DNA of 64,000 bases from Candidatus Bilamarchaeaceae archaeon (GTDB lineage: Archaea; Micrarchaeota; Micrarchaeia; Anstonellales; Bilamarchaeaceae), in NCBI GenBank assembly GCA_038851325.1, contig JAWCKZ010000004.1, positions 26,372 to 90,371 of the forward strand, read 5' to 3'. The position numbers and the translations under genes are program-made. Shown piece by piece: positions 39,462 to 50,629 of the stretch (its first letter is position 1; each line of letters starts with the position of its first letter). Below the pieces are notes generated by a model. The model was given only the letters and a program-made list of their open reading frames with translations, was not told the origin of the DNA and searched no databases.

Positions 39462-40373
39462 TTAGGATAACTTTTTAAGATAATCGTAAGCGCAAAAGGC
39501 GGCTGCTACCCCACTAGCAGCAGCAAGAATTGCTTGTTTGAATTTCGTGTCCGTAACATCGCCAGCTGCAAAAACTCCATCAACATTGGTCTTACCTTCC
39601 CTGTCAACCATTACCTCTCCGCTTTCATTCAACTTTACGCCAAGGGCCTTTGCAAGTCCAGAGGCCGCTACTCGGCCTATCTCAACGAAAACAGCATCCA
39701 CTGGAAATTCTTTACTTCCGTTATATGGTTTATCAAGAATTACTGCTTTGACGCCCTTCTCGTCTCCTTTTATCTCTACTATGTTAGTATTTGGGATTAC
39801 GGTTATCTTTCTATTTTTCTCGAGCTGTTCCATTGTGACCGGTTCTGCTCTTAATTTTTCTTTTCTGTAGATAATGTAAACCTTATTTGCCCATTGCGTA
39901 AGGGTAAGCGCCTCCTTTGCAGCCGAATCGCTTCCACCCACAACTGCTATGGTTTTATCTGTGTAGAAGTATCCATCGCACAATGCACAATAATGCACTC
40001 CTTTGTTCGCGAATTCCTCCTCACCTGGGATGCCAAGCTTTCTTACACTTGTGCCTGTTGCAAGTATGATAGAACGCGACTCGTATTTGGCGCTTGGGGT
40101 TTCAATCTCAAAGCCGCCTTTTGATTTTTTTATGGTTGTAACTATTGTGTCTTTTATCTCGATATTATACTCTCTTGCGTGCGCCTCAAGCTGCTTTGCA
40201 AGCTCTGCGCCATCTATTCTCAAAACGCCTGGCCAATTTCTTATTTCACCCGCTGTAGTCAATGCACCACCATGAAGTTCAGTTAGGAGTATTGTTTTCA
40301 GTCGCAGCCTACCAGAATACATGGCTGCAGAAAGCCCTGCAACTCCCCCACCTATTATCGCTACATCATACAT
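39462..40373 (-). CDS. trxB: Thioredoxin reductase
   Basis: IIGGGVAG, GVHYCALCDG, VVGGSDSA, GVFAAGD. Confidence 0.92.
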   Translation of the reverse strand: MYDVAIIGGGVAGLSAAMYSGRLRLKTILLTELHGGALTTAGEIRNWPGVLRIDGAELAKQLEAHAREYNIEIKDTIVTTIKKSKGGFEIETPSAKYESRSIILATGTSVRKLGIPGEEEFANKGVHYCALCDGYFYTDKTIAVVGGSDSAAKEALTLTQWANKVYIIYRKEKLRAEPVTMEQLEKNRKITVIPNTNIVEIKGDEKGVKAVILDKPYNGSKEFPVDAVFVEIGRVAASGLAKALGVKLNESGEVMVDREGKTNVDGVFAAGDVTDTKFKQAILAAASGVAAAFCAYDYLKKLS

Positions 40374-40459
40374 AATGCTCACCAAAAAGATAGAGCCCTA
40401 TATGTTTAAGAAATTATCAGCCGCAAAAAAGAAGGGAGGACAACGGTGTGCTGAAAAAA

Positions 40460-40687
40460 TCATGAACACGTACAAACGCCCAGATTACATTTCGGAATGC
40501 CAGAACTACAAGTACAGTCGCTGTCAACGTTGCACAATTGCGTTTTCTGAGCAAGCGTTTGCGTGGTGGAGTTTATATTGGTTGCTGTCTCTTTTGCTGT
40601 ACTCATAAGCTGAGTTGCTGCTATCGCAACGATAGCTAGCACAACTGTTATTAATATCAACATTTCTGCTGAAAGTTGGCCTTTCAT
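40460..40687 (-). CDS. Small class III signal peptide (pilin-like) protein
   Basis: MKGQLSAEMLIL plus hydrophobic helix; Cys-rich C-terminus. Confidence 0.8.
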   Translation of the reverse strand: MKGQLSAEMLILITVVLAIVAIAATQLMSTAKETATNINSTTQTLAQKTQLCNVDSDCTCSSGIPKCNLGVCTCS

Positions 40688-40752
40688 TTCACATCACCAA
40701 TATAGATTTTATGTGCGAAATATTTAAAAATCAGAATCTTAGTGTGAAGTTT

Positions 40753-41364
40753 TCACTTTTTATGCATCTTACAATCTGCTTGTGGATTTATTACTCCATC
40801 ATTAATCAGCTGGGCCCTTGCTTCATATAACTCCTTCCCGAAGAAAAATTGATTCAGACATGAAGAAATCGGAATAGATGTTTTCTTCCATTTTTTACCG
40901 GTTAAATACTTAAGTGATACAACGTTCTCCTCGCCAAGTGAGACAAATTTCTCCTGAGAGATGAATGGATTGGTGGATGGCTGAGCGTTATCAGCTCGCT
41001 TTGCCACCTTTCCTTTCACTATTATCTTCTCTGCTTTTAGAAGTCTTTTTGGAAGTCGTTCGTAATTGTTTTTTAGGAAGTTAAGAAAAACATCTTTGTT
41101 TTTTATCTCGAATTCTTTCGTATAGTACACGATATTGCTCCTTTCGTTTACAACTTCCACAGGAGAATTGTGAACAGAAAAAAGATCTAAGGGGGAGTAA
41201 GCTGTGTAAATCTTTTGAAGGCCACAACAGTCGCACCATGCAACCTCCTTCGAACTGAAACCACGCAGGGGCTCTCTTAGGGTAGAACCACAACCCATGT
41301 TAGCAATAGTAAAACCCATCGCTGCTGCTACAATACTATTCTTTACCTTCATTTTTTTAAACAT
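40753..41364 (-). CDS. Hypothetical exported/lipoprotein
   Basis: Basic N-terminus, hydrophobic stretch, then MGC. Confidence 0.55.
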   Translation of the reverse strand: MFKKMKVKNSIVAAAMGFTIANMGCGSTLREPLRGFSSKEVAWCDCCGLQKIYTAYSPLDLFSVHNSPVEVVNERSNIVYYTKEFEIKNKDVFLNFLKNNYERLPKRLLKAEKIIVKGKVAKRADNAQPSTNPFISQEKFVSLGEENVVSLKYLTGKKWKKTSIPISSCLNQFFFGKELYEARAQLINDGVINPQADCKMHKK

Positions 41365-41544
41365 GTTATAAAATATGATAGCAAAGGTTTAAAAACTACA
41401 ACGCGTGCCAGAAATTCAAGAGTCAAGATTCTCTCGGGGTGCAGCTGTTTTACTGTATTTCCTTTTCATTATACCAGTCTAACGAATCTAACCGTTTGCG
41501 GGCAATCGAGAAATATTTTTAATCCTACTCAGAGAAATGAAGCC

Positions 41545-44500
41545 ATGATTTACATCTCCCGGCTAAAGCTAAGAAATTTCAAATCCTTCAAAAATCTAAA
41601 TGTTGAGCTACCGAGCAACATAATCTGCTTTGCAGGTCCGAACGGAAGTGGGAAGAGCAATGTGTGCGATTCCATACGATTCGTGCTTGGAGAGACTTCC
41701 CTGAGATCCCTTCGCGCAAAGAAGGTGCGAGACCTTATCCATATAGACTCCAAAACAGCAGAGGTTACGCTTACTTTTGATGGAGAAGCAAAATATGATA
41801 TAAAGCGCGCAATAAGAGACGATGGAAAGATAATATACAGATTAAACGGTAAGAAGACGACGCGTACAGCTCTCCTCGAACTCCTAAAGAAATATAACCT
41901 CGACAGCTCCGGACGAAACATTATCGCACAGGGCGAAGTCCAAAGGATAGCGAGCATAAGCGGAAAGGAACGTAGAGAGATAATCGATTCTGTTGCCGGA
42001 ATATCGGACTATGAGGCAAAGAAAAAAGAGGCGCTTAGTGAGTTGGCAGTCGTAGATGGAAGAATAAACGAGGCAAACATAGTGCTTGGAGAACGAATTG
42101 CATTCCTCGACGAACTGGGAAAAGAAAGAAACACTGCCCTCAGATACAAGGACGCTAAGGAGAGGCTTGATTCCGCAAGGGCAGCACTCATTCGTAGCGA
42201 GATAGCACGGTATGAAAAAGAACTCGAGCGATATGAAAAGCAGAAGAGAGCACTCAACGAAAGAACAAAGACTGCCGAAGAACAACTAAAGAGCATACAA
42301 GCGAAAATAGCTAAAACAGAGGAGGAAAGATTTGAGATAAGTAAAGAACTGCAAAAAAAGCAAAAGAGCACGGAAGAGATAAGGAGGATAGAAGAGTTAA
42401 AGGCGAGAATAGCTTCGCTCAGGCAAACAACCAGTGAAAAAAAAGAACTGGCTATAAGGTTGTCTAAGGAACAAGCAAGGCTCGAGAAAGAGTTGAACGA
42501 AGAAAATGAGAGGATGGAAAAAATAGCAGGAGAACTTAAAGAAATGGAAAAAGAACTTCTGAACACAGAACCGCTTCTTATAGAAGAAAACGTGGACATT
42601 GGAAAGGCCGCTGAACTTAGAAGGAAAAAAGAAAAAATTGAAGGAGAACTTCAGGAACTAAGAGAAAAAAACGCAGCCAGAGAGGCCGAGACTAAAGGAA
42701 AGAAGGAACAGGTTGAGATGCTTAGGAGGCAATTGAGGGAATTTTGTGAAAGTTGCGAAACAGAAAATGCGGAAAGAGAAATAAGTGAAAAAATACAGGA
42801 ACTGGAAAGGGAAAAGAAGAATATAGAAAATGAGATAGACGCACTCTTTGAGGAGACGCGCGAGATAAACAAGAGAATAGCTGAGCTGGAAAAGAGTATG
42901 CTCGAATTAAAGGAGAGAGCCTCTGTTTACCGTGTGCGTACAAGTCCCCATCTTCTTAACCCTGCACTAAAATACATCAACGATTTGAAAGAGAAAGAAA
43001 AGGGGATATACGGCACAGTTGCTGACCTCATCAAGTTCGAACCTGCCCTCGCAAAGGCGATAGAGGCAGCAGGTGGAGGAAGGCTCTTATACGTCGTAGT
43101 TGACAACTCTGACCGCGCCGTGAAGATAATAGATAAATTAAAAAAAGAACGCCTCGGAAGGGCAACATTTATCCCTCTCGATACCATAAACCCCCAGGTT
43201 GCCAAACCAGTAAACGGATTCGAACCACTGCTAAAAAGAATAACCTTCTCTGAGGAAGTAAAAAGAGCAGTAGAGTATGTCTTTGGCGATGCCATACTGA
43301 TAAACAGCCATGCTGATGCGAAGAAGGTTGGAATAGGTCGCGTGAGAATGGTAACGTTGGATGGTGAGACTTACGAGCGCTCTGGAACGATAACTGGTGG
43401 TCATACCGAAACAGGCATACTTGCTCAAAGGCAATTGGAAAGAGTGGAAGAAGAATTTCTTTCTGTGAAAAAGGAAAAAGAGGCATTGACAAGTCGACTT
43501 TACGCGATTCGGGAGGAAGAATCAGAACTAAGAGCAAAGAGATCCAGAATCGAGATAGAGATAAAGACGTTGCAGTCTGAGATTACGACAAAGATAAAAG
43601 AGCTGGAAGAGGCTGGAAAAAGAAAAAAAGAGCTTGAGAACCAGATCTCGGCTATAGAAAAGATGATCGAAAAGGCTGAAGCTGAACAAAGAGAGACTAC
43701 TGCAGCCATTGAGAGAGTAAGCAAGAATATCGAAAATATTACAAATGAGTTAATAGCAGCAGAAAAAGAGGAAAAGGAAAGTCGCGAGAGAGCGAGTAAG
43801 CGAGCTACAGAGCTAACGGAAAAGGTCTCCTCTCTTAGAGCAACGATAGAAGGAAGAAGAAGAGAGATTGAGATAATAAGGGAAACGAGCAATGGAAAGC
43901 GTAGAAGTCTTGAAGAAGTAATACGCGATTATAGAACAGTTAACGAAGAAATAAAGAATGGTCTAGATGAGGAGGCAAAAAGAGTAAAAGAGTTGGAGGC
44001 TGAAGAGGAGCGAATGCGTGCAAAGGGCAAAGAGATAGAGGAATTGTTTGAAACTATGAGCAACCTCGAGAAGGAATTACAAACTCTTGGAGGGGCGCAG
44101 GAAAAAACGCGAAGGGAAATAGCAGATATAGGAAAAGAATTGGGCCAGGTGGACCTAAAGAGTGTGTCAGCCACAACGCGGTTGGAGGACCTCAAATTAG
44201 AACTTGAAAAATACAAAGAAGTAAAGCCTCTTGAGGAGGGCTCAAGACAGAATCTCTCTGACATAATTGCAGAGTGTGAAAGAACATTGAATGAAATAGG
44301 CAGTAATGTAAACCTCGCAGCCATAGAGATGTATCAGAAAAAGGAGGAAGAGATAAACGAGGTTAAGCGAAAAATAAATCAACTTTCTGAAGAAAGAAAT
44401 GCGATACTGAAAATGATAGATGAGATAGAGGAGAGAAAGAAGGAGGCGTTTTTCGATGCATACAATAAAATAAGCGATAACTTCAAAAAAATGTTTGCAC

Positions 44501-44973
44501 ACATCAACATAGGACAGGGTTACCTTGTGCTCGACAAACCTAATGAACCGTTTGATAGCGGTCTCTATATAAGAATAAAAAAAGGTGACCACGAATATTC
44601 TTTGGACTCCTTATCTGGAGGAGAGACGACGCTTGTCTCGCTCATGTTTGTATTCGCTCTTCAATTCTTTAAGCCGGCACCGTTTTACATCCTCGATGAG
44701 GTAGACGCGGCCCTCGATAAGGAGAACAGTCGAAGAATGATTAAACTTATAAAAGAGATGTCCAAGGATAGTCAGTTCATGATAGTATCGCACAATGACA
44801 CTGTTATTTCAAATGCTGACGTTGTTTTTGGAGTTACAAAAGTTGGCGACGCATCAAAGCTTGTAGGGGTAAAGCTTGGGAAAGATAGCTCTCTCGCACC
44901 GCCTGCACCACCTGCCGAGCCCCCTATTTCTTCTCCCGAGGTAGAGCAACAGTTGTCTCGCCCTCCTTCGTAG
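41545..44973 (+). CDS. smc: Chromosome segregation protein SMC
   Basis: GPNGSGKSN, hinge GRATFIPL, LSGGE, LDEVDAALD, long coiled coils. Confidence 0.96.
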   Translation: MIYISRLKLRNFKSFKNLNVELPSNIICFAGPNGSGKSNVCDSIRFVLGETSLRSLRAKKVRDLIHIDSKTAEVTLTFDGEAKYDIKRAIRDDGKIIYRLNGKKTTRTALLELLKKYNLDSSGRNIIAQGEVQRIASISGKERREIIDSVAGISDYEAKKKEALSELAVVDGRINEANIVLGERIAFLDELGKERNTALRYKDAKERLDSARAALIRSEIARYEKELERYEKQKRALNERTKTAEEQLKSIQAKIAKTEEERFEISKELQKKQKSTEEIRRIEELKARIASLRQTTSEKKELAIRLSKEQARLEKELNEENERMEKIAGELKEMEKELLNTEPLLIEENVDIGKAAELRRKKEKIEGELQELREKNAAREAETKGKKEQVEMLRRQLREFCESCETENAEREISEKIQELEREKKNIENEIDALFEETREINKRIAELEKSMLELKERASVYRVRTSPHLLNPALKYINDLKEKEKGIYGTVADLIKFEPALAKAIEAAGGGRLLYVVVDNSDRAVKIIDKLKKERLGRATFIPLDTINPQVAKPVNGFEPLLKRITFSEEVKRAVEYVFGDAILINSHADAKKVGIGRVRMVTLDGETYERSGTITGGHTETGILAQRQLERVEEEFLSVKKEKEALTSRLYAIREEESELRAKRSRIEIEIKTLQSEITTKIKELEEAGKRKKELENQISAIEKMIEKAEAEQRETTAAIERVSKNIENITNELIAAEKEEKESRERASKRATELTEKVSSLRATIEGRRREIEIIRETSNGKRRSLEEVIRDYRTVNEEIKNGLDEEAKRVKELEAEEERMRAKGKEIEELFETMSNLEKELQTLGGAQEKTRREIADIGKELGQVDLKSVSATTRLEDLKLELEKYKEVKPLEEGSRQNLSDIIAECERTLNEIGSNVNLAAIEMYQKKEEEINEVKRKINQLSEERNAILKMIDEIEERKKEAFFDAYNKISDNFKKMFAHINIGQGYLVLDKPNEPFDSGLYIRIKKGDHEYSLDSLSGGETTLVSLMFVFALQFFKPAPFYILDEVDAALDKENSRRMIKLIKEMSKDSQFMIVSHNDTVISNADVVFGVTKVGDASKLVGVKLGKDSSLAPPAPPAEPPISSPEVEQQLSRPPS

Positions 44974-45020
44974 TAGAAATAGATGGTACTAAATAGTGCT
45001 GCTATTATCCCTCTCCCCAA

Positions 45021-46112
45021 CTATTCCCTTACTAGAGCGACATCCAGCACATTAAATAGGACCGAGCCCACGAATTGCCCATGTACACGAAGAGGAACGC
45101 TTTCTTGCTCTATAATTGTATCACTTTCAAGCGATGTCTGCGCAAGGGCATCCGGGATTGTATAGTTGGACGACTCCAACGTAAGAAAATAGACATACGT
45201 CAAGGACTTGTTGTAATCCAATTCAACCGGATCAGCGACTAGGAGGGTCAATACAGATGATTTAAAGTCAATATCTGCGCCAATATCGGAAACCGCGCGT
45301 TCGCCGTCTGTAAAGTTTTCAGAGAAAACGATGCTTTGTTTGTCTATGTAGACAACATAGTCGAGCTGCCTTGCTTTCATAACTTCTTCCTGCGTCAGCT
45401 CACGCTTGAAAAAGGCTGTATCTTGTCTCTCATATCTAACTGTGCCACCTGTCTGATTCCGAAGGCTATCTACATCTATCGTATTCCTCTTGTTCCAGGG
45501 TATGAGGTACACGTATTTGAAGACCTGCTGTTTTACGGTACCGGCCATGTTCACGGTTTTTTCCTCAGACTTTATAAAGGCTGAATCGTAGCCAACAATA
45601 GTTTTTTCGGCTATTCCTACCCGCGCGGCAACCCTCACCTGCGCACCAGGTGGCACAATCTTATCAGTCTCTACTCTAATTCTTATGCTACCAAAACTTG
45701 CATTAATTACTTCCCCATTTTCAAGAATAACTACCGCTCCACCGCCAGGAGCGATGTTGGCGATGGAGACTGGAGTAAGATTTTTACTCATGAGAAAAGT
45801 GGCAACCGGATAGACGTCCTCTCTTGTCTCGAGGGTAATGTAAGTAGCGCCCCTCTCCTCTGACACGCTCTTCACCACGGACATGGAACGTAGCTCATTC
45901 AGTAAGGTTGCGTCGGGCATTTCCCCAACCGCAATGAATGGTTCATACGTTCTGACAATACCATCAAATTCGGTTTGCCCAATAATAATCTCCTCTTTTT
46001 TCTTGAATAGGGATCCTCCACCTATCACTCCAATCGCAACCAACTCGAATACAAAGAGAAAAACTGCCAATATCGCCAGAGCAACTTTTAAGTTGTTACT
46101 GACCAGAGCCAT
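45021..46112 (-). CDS. Hypothetical membrane-anchored protein
   Basis: N-terminal TM helix; 363-aa ORF. Confidence 0.7.
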   Translation of the reverse strand: MALVSNNLKVALAILAVFLFVFELVAIGVIGGGSLFKKKEEIIIGQTEFDGIVRTYEPFIAVGEMPDATLLNELRSMSVVKSVSEERGATYITLETREDVYPVATFLMSKNLTPVSIANIAPGGGAVVILENGEVINASFGSIRIRVETDKIVPPGAQVRVAARVGIAEKTIVGYDSAFIKSEEKTVNMAGTVKQQVFKYVYLIPWNKRNTIDVDSLRNQTGGTVRYERQDTAFFKRELTQEEVMKARQLDYVVYIDKQSIVFSENFTDGERAVSDIGADIDFKSSVLTLLVADPVELDYNKSLTYVYFLTLESSNYTIPDALAQTSLESDTIIEQESVPLRVHGQFVGSVLFNVLDVALVRE

Positions 46113-46127
46113 GGTATCAACCTGAAA

Positions 46128-47336
46128 TCAACTTCCGCGCTTCTCAGCTTTTTTAAGGAGGTTCAGGATTGCTCGTATAAGCTCCTCTCCGCTTACGTGA
46201 CCCAAACCACCATACATGCAGTTAAGTTCGTCAAATCTTTTAACGCTATCGCGCCTCTCCTCCTTGCTCCATATAAGAATGGGAATCTCGTGACCTGAGT
46301 GTTCTCTGCGGGCTACTGGAGTAGAGTGATCTCCAGTTATTATAATATCCGCACCGGATTTCATAAGAGGAGGAAGAACTTTTTTGTCTATCCTCTCTAT
46401 CATCTTCCTTTTCCCATCAAAGTTTCCATCATGACCAGCGTTATCACAGCCTTTTATGTGAAGGAAAACTAGGTCGTAGTTTGCTGTCGCTTTTGCTGCA
46501 GCCATCGCTCTCTCACTCAAAGAGCGCTCATCCTCGCTCGAAGGAACGCTAATGATATCCATGCCAATATAGCGTGCAACTCCGCGATACAGCGCGCCAC
46601 CGGCTATGCAAACGCCTTTTAACCCAAACCTTTCAAAAAAGCTTGGAACCTTTTCGTATCTTCCACAACCGCGTAGAAGAAGAGCATTTGCAGGTGGCTG
46701 ACCACGATCCTGGCGCACTTTGTTTTCAACCGCACTTGAAAGGGCTCTAAGTGCAAAACGCGTGTAAGCGTTGACTATACGAGCCGTCTTCTCCGCTTCT
46801 GGCGTGCTGTCAAGAGGAACGCAGCGTCTAATCTCCTCGCCCGCAGTATGAGGGTCTGTATCAGAAACAGCTGGGCTTAGACCAGGACCTCGGAGCACAA
46901 GCGCACCACGATGCTCAACTGAATGAGCAAATATCGCCTCAACATCCTCTATCTTCGTGCATAAGTACTTCTCCAGATGTTTACCCTCATCTGTGGATAT
47001 CCGACCGGCTCTTCTGTCAACCACCCGCTCGCCATCGACAGTGGCCAGATTTGCTCTAAACGCAATATCGCCCGACTTCAGTTCCATGCCAATACCAAGT
47101 GCCTCAAGCGGTCCTCTTCCATGATAAAAAATCTCCGGGTCGTAGCCAAAAATCTGTAAATGAGAGGTATCGCTCCCTGGAACAACCCATCTGCCAAGGG
47201 GCGCAAACATTCCTGTTATTCCATCTTTCGCTAGTCGATCCATATTTGGTTTCTTCGCGACTTGTAGAGGTGTCTTTGGCGTCGGTAGATCCCCAAGACC
47301 GTCTATAATGAGCAGGATAACGCTTTCTAGTTTCAT
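46128..47336 (-). CDS. apgM: 2,3-bisphosphoglycerate-independent phosphoglycerate mutase (archaeal)
   Basis: DGLGD, PGSDTSHL, GRGPLEALG, DNAGHDG, TGDHSTP. Confidence 0.93.
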   Translation of the reverse strand: MKLESVILLIIDGLGDLPTPKTPLQVAKKPNMDRLAKDGITGMFAPLGRWVVPGSDTSHLQIFGYDPEIFYHGRGPLEALGIGMELKSGDIAFRANLATVDGERVVDRRAGRISTDEGKHLEKYLCTKIEDVEAIFAHSVEHRGALVLRGPGLSPAVSDTDPHTAGEEIRRCVPLDSTPEAEKTARIVNAYTRFALRALSSAVENKVRQDRGQPPANALLLRGCGRYEKVPSFFERFGLKGVCIAGGALYRGVARYIGMDIISVPSSEDERSLSERAMAAAKATANYDLVFLHIKGCDNAGHDGNFDGKRKMIERIDKKVLPPLMKSGADIIITGDHSTPVARREHSGHEIPILIWSKEERRDSVKRFDELNCMYGGLGHVSGEELIRAILNLLKKAEKRGS

Positions 47337-47463
47337 AAGGGTATTACGAGCAGTAGTTTTAAAGGTTTAATGGCGATGCCTTACGATAAGGCTGCCCTTG
47401 ACAAACAAGACCGCATAAGTTAAATATTTTTTGCTACAAGAAAACACCATCTTTGGTGAATTT

Positions 47464-48624
47464 ATGAATGAAGGGGAAGTCCCTGCTTCTAGTGCTCCAG
47501 CGGTTGTCAAAAATCAACAAGTGCCTGATGGACCAACTATGTCTATCGCTGCACTTCCTCAAGCAAAAGAAGAAGAGCTCAGCGATGATGAGGAGATCTT
47601 AAAATTTCTAAAAGAAACAGAGCAAAAGATATACGTTGTGGGTGCAGGCGGAAGCGGAACGAATACGCTCGACAGACTTTTCGAGATGGGTATAAAGGGC
47701 GCAACACTAATAGGCATGAATACAGATGCAAAACATCTTCTGAGAATACGTGCGAACAAGAAGATAATACTTGGAAAGAAGATAACCGGAGGACGAGGTG
47801 CAGGCTCTAACCCTGCTGTAGGAGAGGAGGCAGCAAAGGAGTCACTAAACGAAATAAAGGATGCATTAAAAGATGCTTCCATGGTGTTTGTAACGTGCGG
47901 AATGGGTGGCGGTACTGGAACTGGAAGCGCGCCAATAATCGCAGAGGTTGCAAAGAGTAATGGTGCCCTTACGATAGCGGTTGTAACGCTCCCCTTTGCC
48001 TCTGAAGGAAAAGTTAGAATGGAGAACGCACTTAAAGGACTAGAAAAACTCAAGAAGAACGTCGATACGCTTATCGTAATAAAGAATGATAAGCTGTTAA
48101 ATCTTGTACCGAATCTCCCACTTAACACAGCCTTTAAGGTTTGCGATGAGGTGCTTGCAGGCTCGGTAAAAGGAATAGCCGAGCTCGTAACGAAATCTGG
48201 CCTTGTTAATGTAGATTTCGCAGATCTTAAAACTATTCTCGCATCAGCAGGATTCGCAGTTATAGGTTTGGGAGAAGCGACGGTCGATGCAAAGCCAGAA
48301 GAGAGGGCTAAGATTGCTGTTGAAACTGCCTTGAACTCACCATTACTCGACGCAGACATCAGCGTTGCCAAGAGAGCATTAATAAATGTTATTGGCGGAG
48401 AAGATATGACGCTGAAAGAAGCGGAGTACGTAGTTGCGGAGACAGCAAAACGGATAGACCCAGAAGCGCATATAATTTGGGGCTCAAGAATAGAAAATGA
48501 CATGAGGCGAACCTCTATGAGAGTGCTTGTGGTTCTTGCTGGAGTAAGGTTCCCGCAATATAGCGCAACTGTTTCTCCGAAGGACCTCAACGTAGAAGGG
48601 CTCGACCTCGATATAATTGGATGA
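47464..48624 (+). CDS. ftsZ: Cell division protein FtsZ
   Basis: GMGGGTGTG signature; NVDFAD. Confidence 0.96.
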   Translation: MNEGEVPASSAPAVVKNQQVPDGPTMSIAALPQAKEEELSDDEEILKFLKETEQKIYVVGAGGSGTNTLDRLFEMGIKGATLIGMNTDAKHLLRIRANKKIILGKKITGGRGAGSNPAVGEEAAKESLNEIKDALKDASMVFVTCGMGGGTGTGSAPIIAEVAKSNGALTIAVVTLPFASEGKVRMENALKGLEKLKKNVDTLIVIKNDKLLNLVPNLPLNTAFKVCDEVLAGSVKGIAELVTKSGLVNVDFADLKTILASAGFAVIGLGEATVDAKPEERAKIAVETALNSPLLDADISVAKRALINVIGGEDMTLKEAEYVVAETAKRIDPEAHIIWGSRIENDMRRTSMRVLVVLAGVRFPQYSATVSPKDLNVEGLDLDIIG

Positions 48625-48673
48625 CCTTGGTATAATTGGATGAAATTGGATAATTCAAAAGGGGCGAGAGGAT

Positions 48674-48850
48674 ATGGATTTGAATGAACTGATAAAGAGG
48701 TGTGTAAGAATACTCCATATATCAAGAAAACCAACGCAAAGCGAATATGATGAAGTAGCAAAGGTTGCTGCACTTGGCATGGCGGCATTCGGAACAGTTG
48801 GACTTATTGTTTCAGTTCTCCTTGGCGCGCTCGACAAGGTGATTGCTTGA
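48674..48850 (+). CDS. secE: Protein translocase subunit SecE/Sec61gamma (absent from ORF track)
   Basis: RILHISRKPTQSEY..VAKVAALG plus TM helix; ftsZ-secE-spt5 synteny. Confidence 0.92.
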   Translation: MDLNELIKRCVRILHISRKPTQSEYDEVAKVAALGMAAFGTVGLIVSVLLGALDKVIA

Positions 48851-49305
48851 TATACACCGTTCGCGTAACCACTGGGCAGGAAAAAATTGTTTCCCAGATG
48901 CTTGAGAAAAAAGCAAAAGCAGAAAAATTAAATGTTTACTCCATCGCGCACATAGAGAACATAAAGGGGTATGTCTTTGTTGAGGTGCTGGATAAGAATA
49001 CGCTTATTAAACTTCTTCAGAAAATGAAGCATGTCAAGGGATTCCTGCAAACTCCTGTAAACATAGAAGAGATAACTAAGCTCATAGCGCTATCTAAACA
49101 ACCTGCGGTTACGCTCGAAATAGGAGACATCGTCGAAATGACAAGTGGGCCTTTTAAGGGAGAAAAGGCAAAGGTAATAAAAACAGATGAGGCGCATGAT
49201 GAAGTTACCGTTGAACTAATAGAAGTTGCTGTACCCATACCAATAACAGTAAAAAGCAAAATGGTAAAAATGCTTCGAAAGTCAGGCGAGGAAGAAAGCG
49301 AGTAA
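48847..49305 (+). CDS. spt5: Transcription elongation factor Spt5
   Basis: VRVTTGQE, KGYVFVE, KOW motif GDIVEMTSGPFKGE. Confidence 0.94.
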   Translation: MIYTVRVTTGQEKIVSQMLEKKAKAEKLNVYSIAHIENIKGYVFVEVLDKNTLIKLLQKMKHVKGFLQTPVNIEEITKLIALSKQPAVTLEIGDIVEMTSGPFKGEKAKVIKTDEAHDEVTVELIEVAVPIPITVKSKMVKMLRKSGEEESE

Positions 49306-49458
49306 GTGGTGCAATTTAGTTTCCGTCATCGTAACAGTCTAAGAATTTCCTACAACGTAGAATTTTCAATCAACGAGATGAAAAAGCTTAGATGTATATT
49401 CGCAAAACAAAGCGCTCATTTTTAGTCGTGTTCGGGGATTTTTAACTTTACCCGTCAC

Positions 49459-50559
49459 CTACCCCTTTTTGATTACTCTTATTGGGAAGGGAATCTCTAT
49501 TTTTTTATTTTTGAACTCTTTAAACAGCTCGCGGTTGACGTCCCTTAAAACAGAAAATCTATTTACATATCCGCTAACTTGATAGCCAAACCTAAATACA
49601 AGAGCAAAATCTCCAAAGCGGTCGAGCCGTGTCCACTCTGTTCCCTCAATAAGGTAGTTATTAGTTTTCGCCACCTTTCTTATCACATCCAGGATTGTTT
49701 TCTCAACTTTATCTATATCTGCGTCGTAGGAAACGCCTATCTCGTAAAAAACAGTGCAGGCAGCAGTCGGGTTGGAGTAGTTTACTATGGTTGAACTGGA
49801 TAATTTTGAATTTGGAACGATGAGCTCATTTTTCTCTGGTGTGATTATCTTTGTTGTTCTCCAACCAATACGATCAACAGTTCCTTCCATCCCGGTTTCC
49901 ATTCTTATGTAATCTCCTTCCTTAAATGGTTTATCCATCAGTATATGTATTCCTGCAAAGAAGTTCCCGAGCGTGTCTTGGAGCGCGAGAGCAACTGCAA
50001 GACCTGCAACTCCAAGACCTGTCAGAAGAGCGGCAGTATCAAAACCTGCAAATTGGAGTATGAATATCGCGAATATACAATAAATAAGTACGCGAACAAT
50101 TGTTCTAACGAAAGGAAAGACCTGCTTGGGGGATGTTTTCCTCTCCTTCGGCTGTATCTTCATGCCATACCAAATCATAAAAACATCTATGATATCTGCA
50201 ATGAAGAAAGCCAATACACCCAAAAAAATGATAACAAAAACCTCAAACTCTGTGTATTTCCCTAACTGTAGGTCTGGGTAAACTAAATAGAGTGAGAAAA
50301 AAAGTGCAAAAAAGACTGAGACAATATTCAGATAACGTGCTGAAACCGCAATTAGTTCATCGTCAAGAGTTGTTTTCGTCTTTCCTGCAAGAAATCTCAG
50401 TACTCTGACCAAAAGAAACGAAATAATCGAGAGGAGCGTGAAAACAAGCACAACTGATAAAAGAAATAGCACTGGCTTTCCTCCAGGTAAACTCAATAAA
50501 AAACCCAATGGCGTTTCTTTCAACAAATTCTCTAGTGTTAATGCAGATTGAAGAATCAT
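49459..50559 (-). CDS. mscS: Small-conductance mechanosensitive channel
   Basis: GLAVALALQDTLGNFFAG, PFKEGDYI, IGWRTT, IEIPFP. Confidence 0.93.
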   Translation of the reverse strand: MILQSALTLENLLKETPLGFLLSLPGGKPVLFLLSVVLVFTLLSIISFLLVRVLRFLAGKTKTTLDDELIAVSARYLNIVSVFFALFFSLYLVYPDLQLGKYTEFEVFVIIFLGVLAFFIADIIDVFMIWYGMKIQPKERKTSPKQVFPFVRTIVRVLIYCIFAIFILQFAGFDTAALLTGLGVAGLAVALALQDTLGNFFAGIHILMDKPFKEGDYIRMETGMEGTVDRIGWRTTKIITPEKNELIVPNSKLSSSTIVNYSNPTAACTVFYEIGVSYDADIDKVEKTILDVIRKVAKTNNYLIEGTEWTRLDRFGDFALVFRFGYQVSGYVNRFSVLRDVNRELFKEFKNKKIEIPFPIRVIKKG

Positions 50560-50581
50560 AAACGTGTATGAAACATTAAAG

Positions 50582-50589
50582 TTTATAAA
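50582..50589. promoter_or_regulatory. TATA box between divergent mscS and tRNA-Gly
   Basis: aaagTTTATAAAa, about 40 nt upstream of the tRNA 5' end. Confidence 0.5.
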
Positions 50590-50629
50590 ACTTCAAGCAT
50601 CTATTTTGTATCAATAATACACGTCTGGT

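Noticed and set aside
47371..47397. Fluoride-riboswitch-like GGCGAUG hairpin upstream of ftsZ
   Set aside because: Lacks the downstream conserved GAUG-like element and pseudoknot; appears to be a simple hairpin between divergent promoters
47559..48788. 409-aa minus-strand ORF
   Set aside because: Antisense shadow of ftsZ/secE
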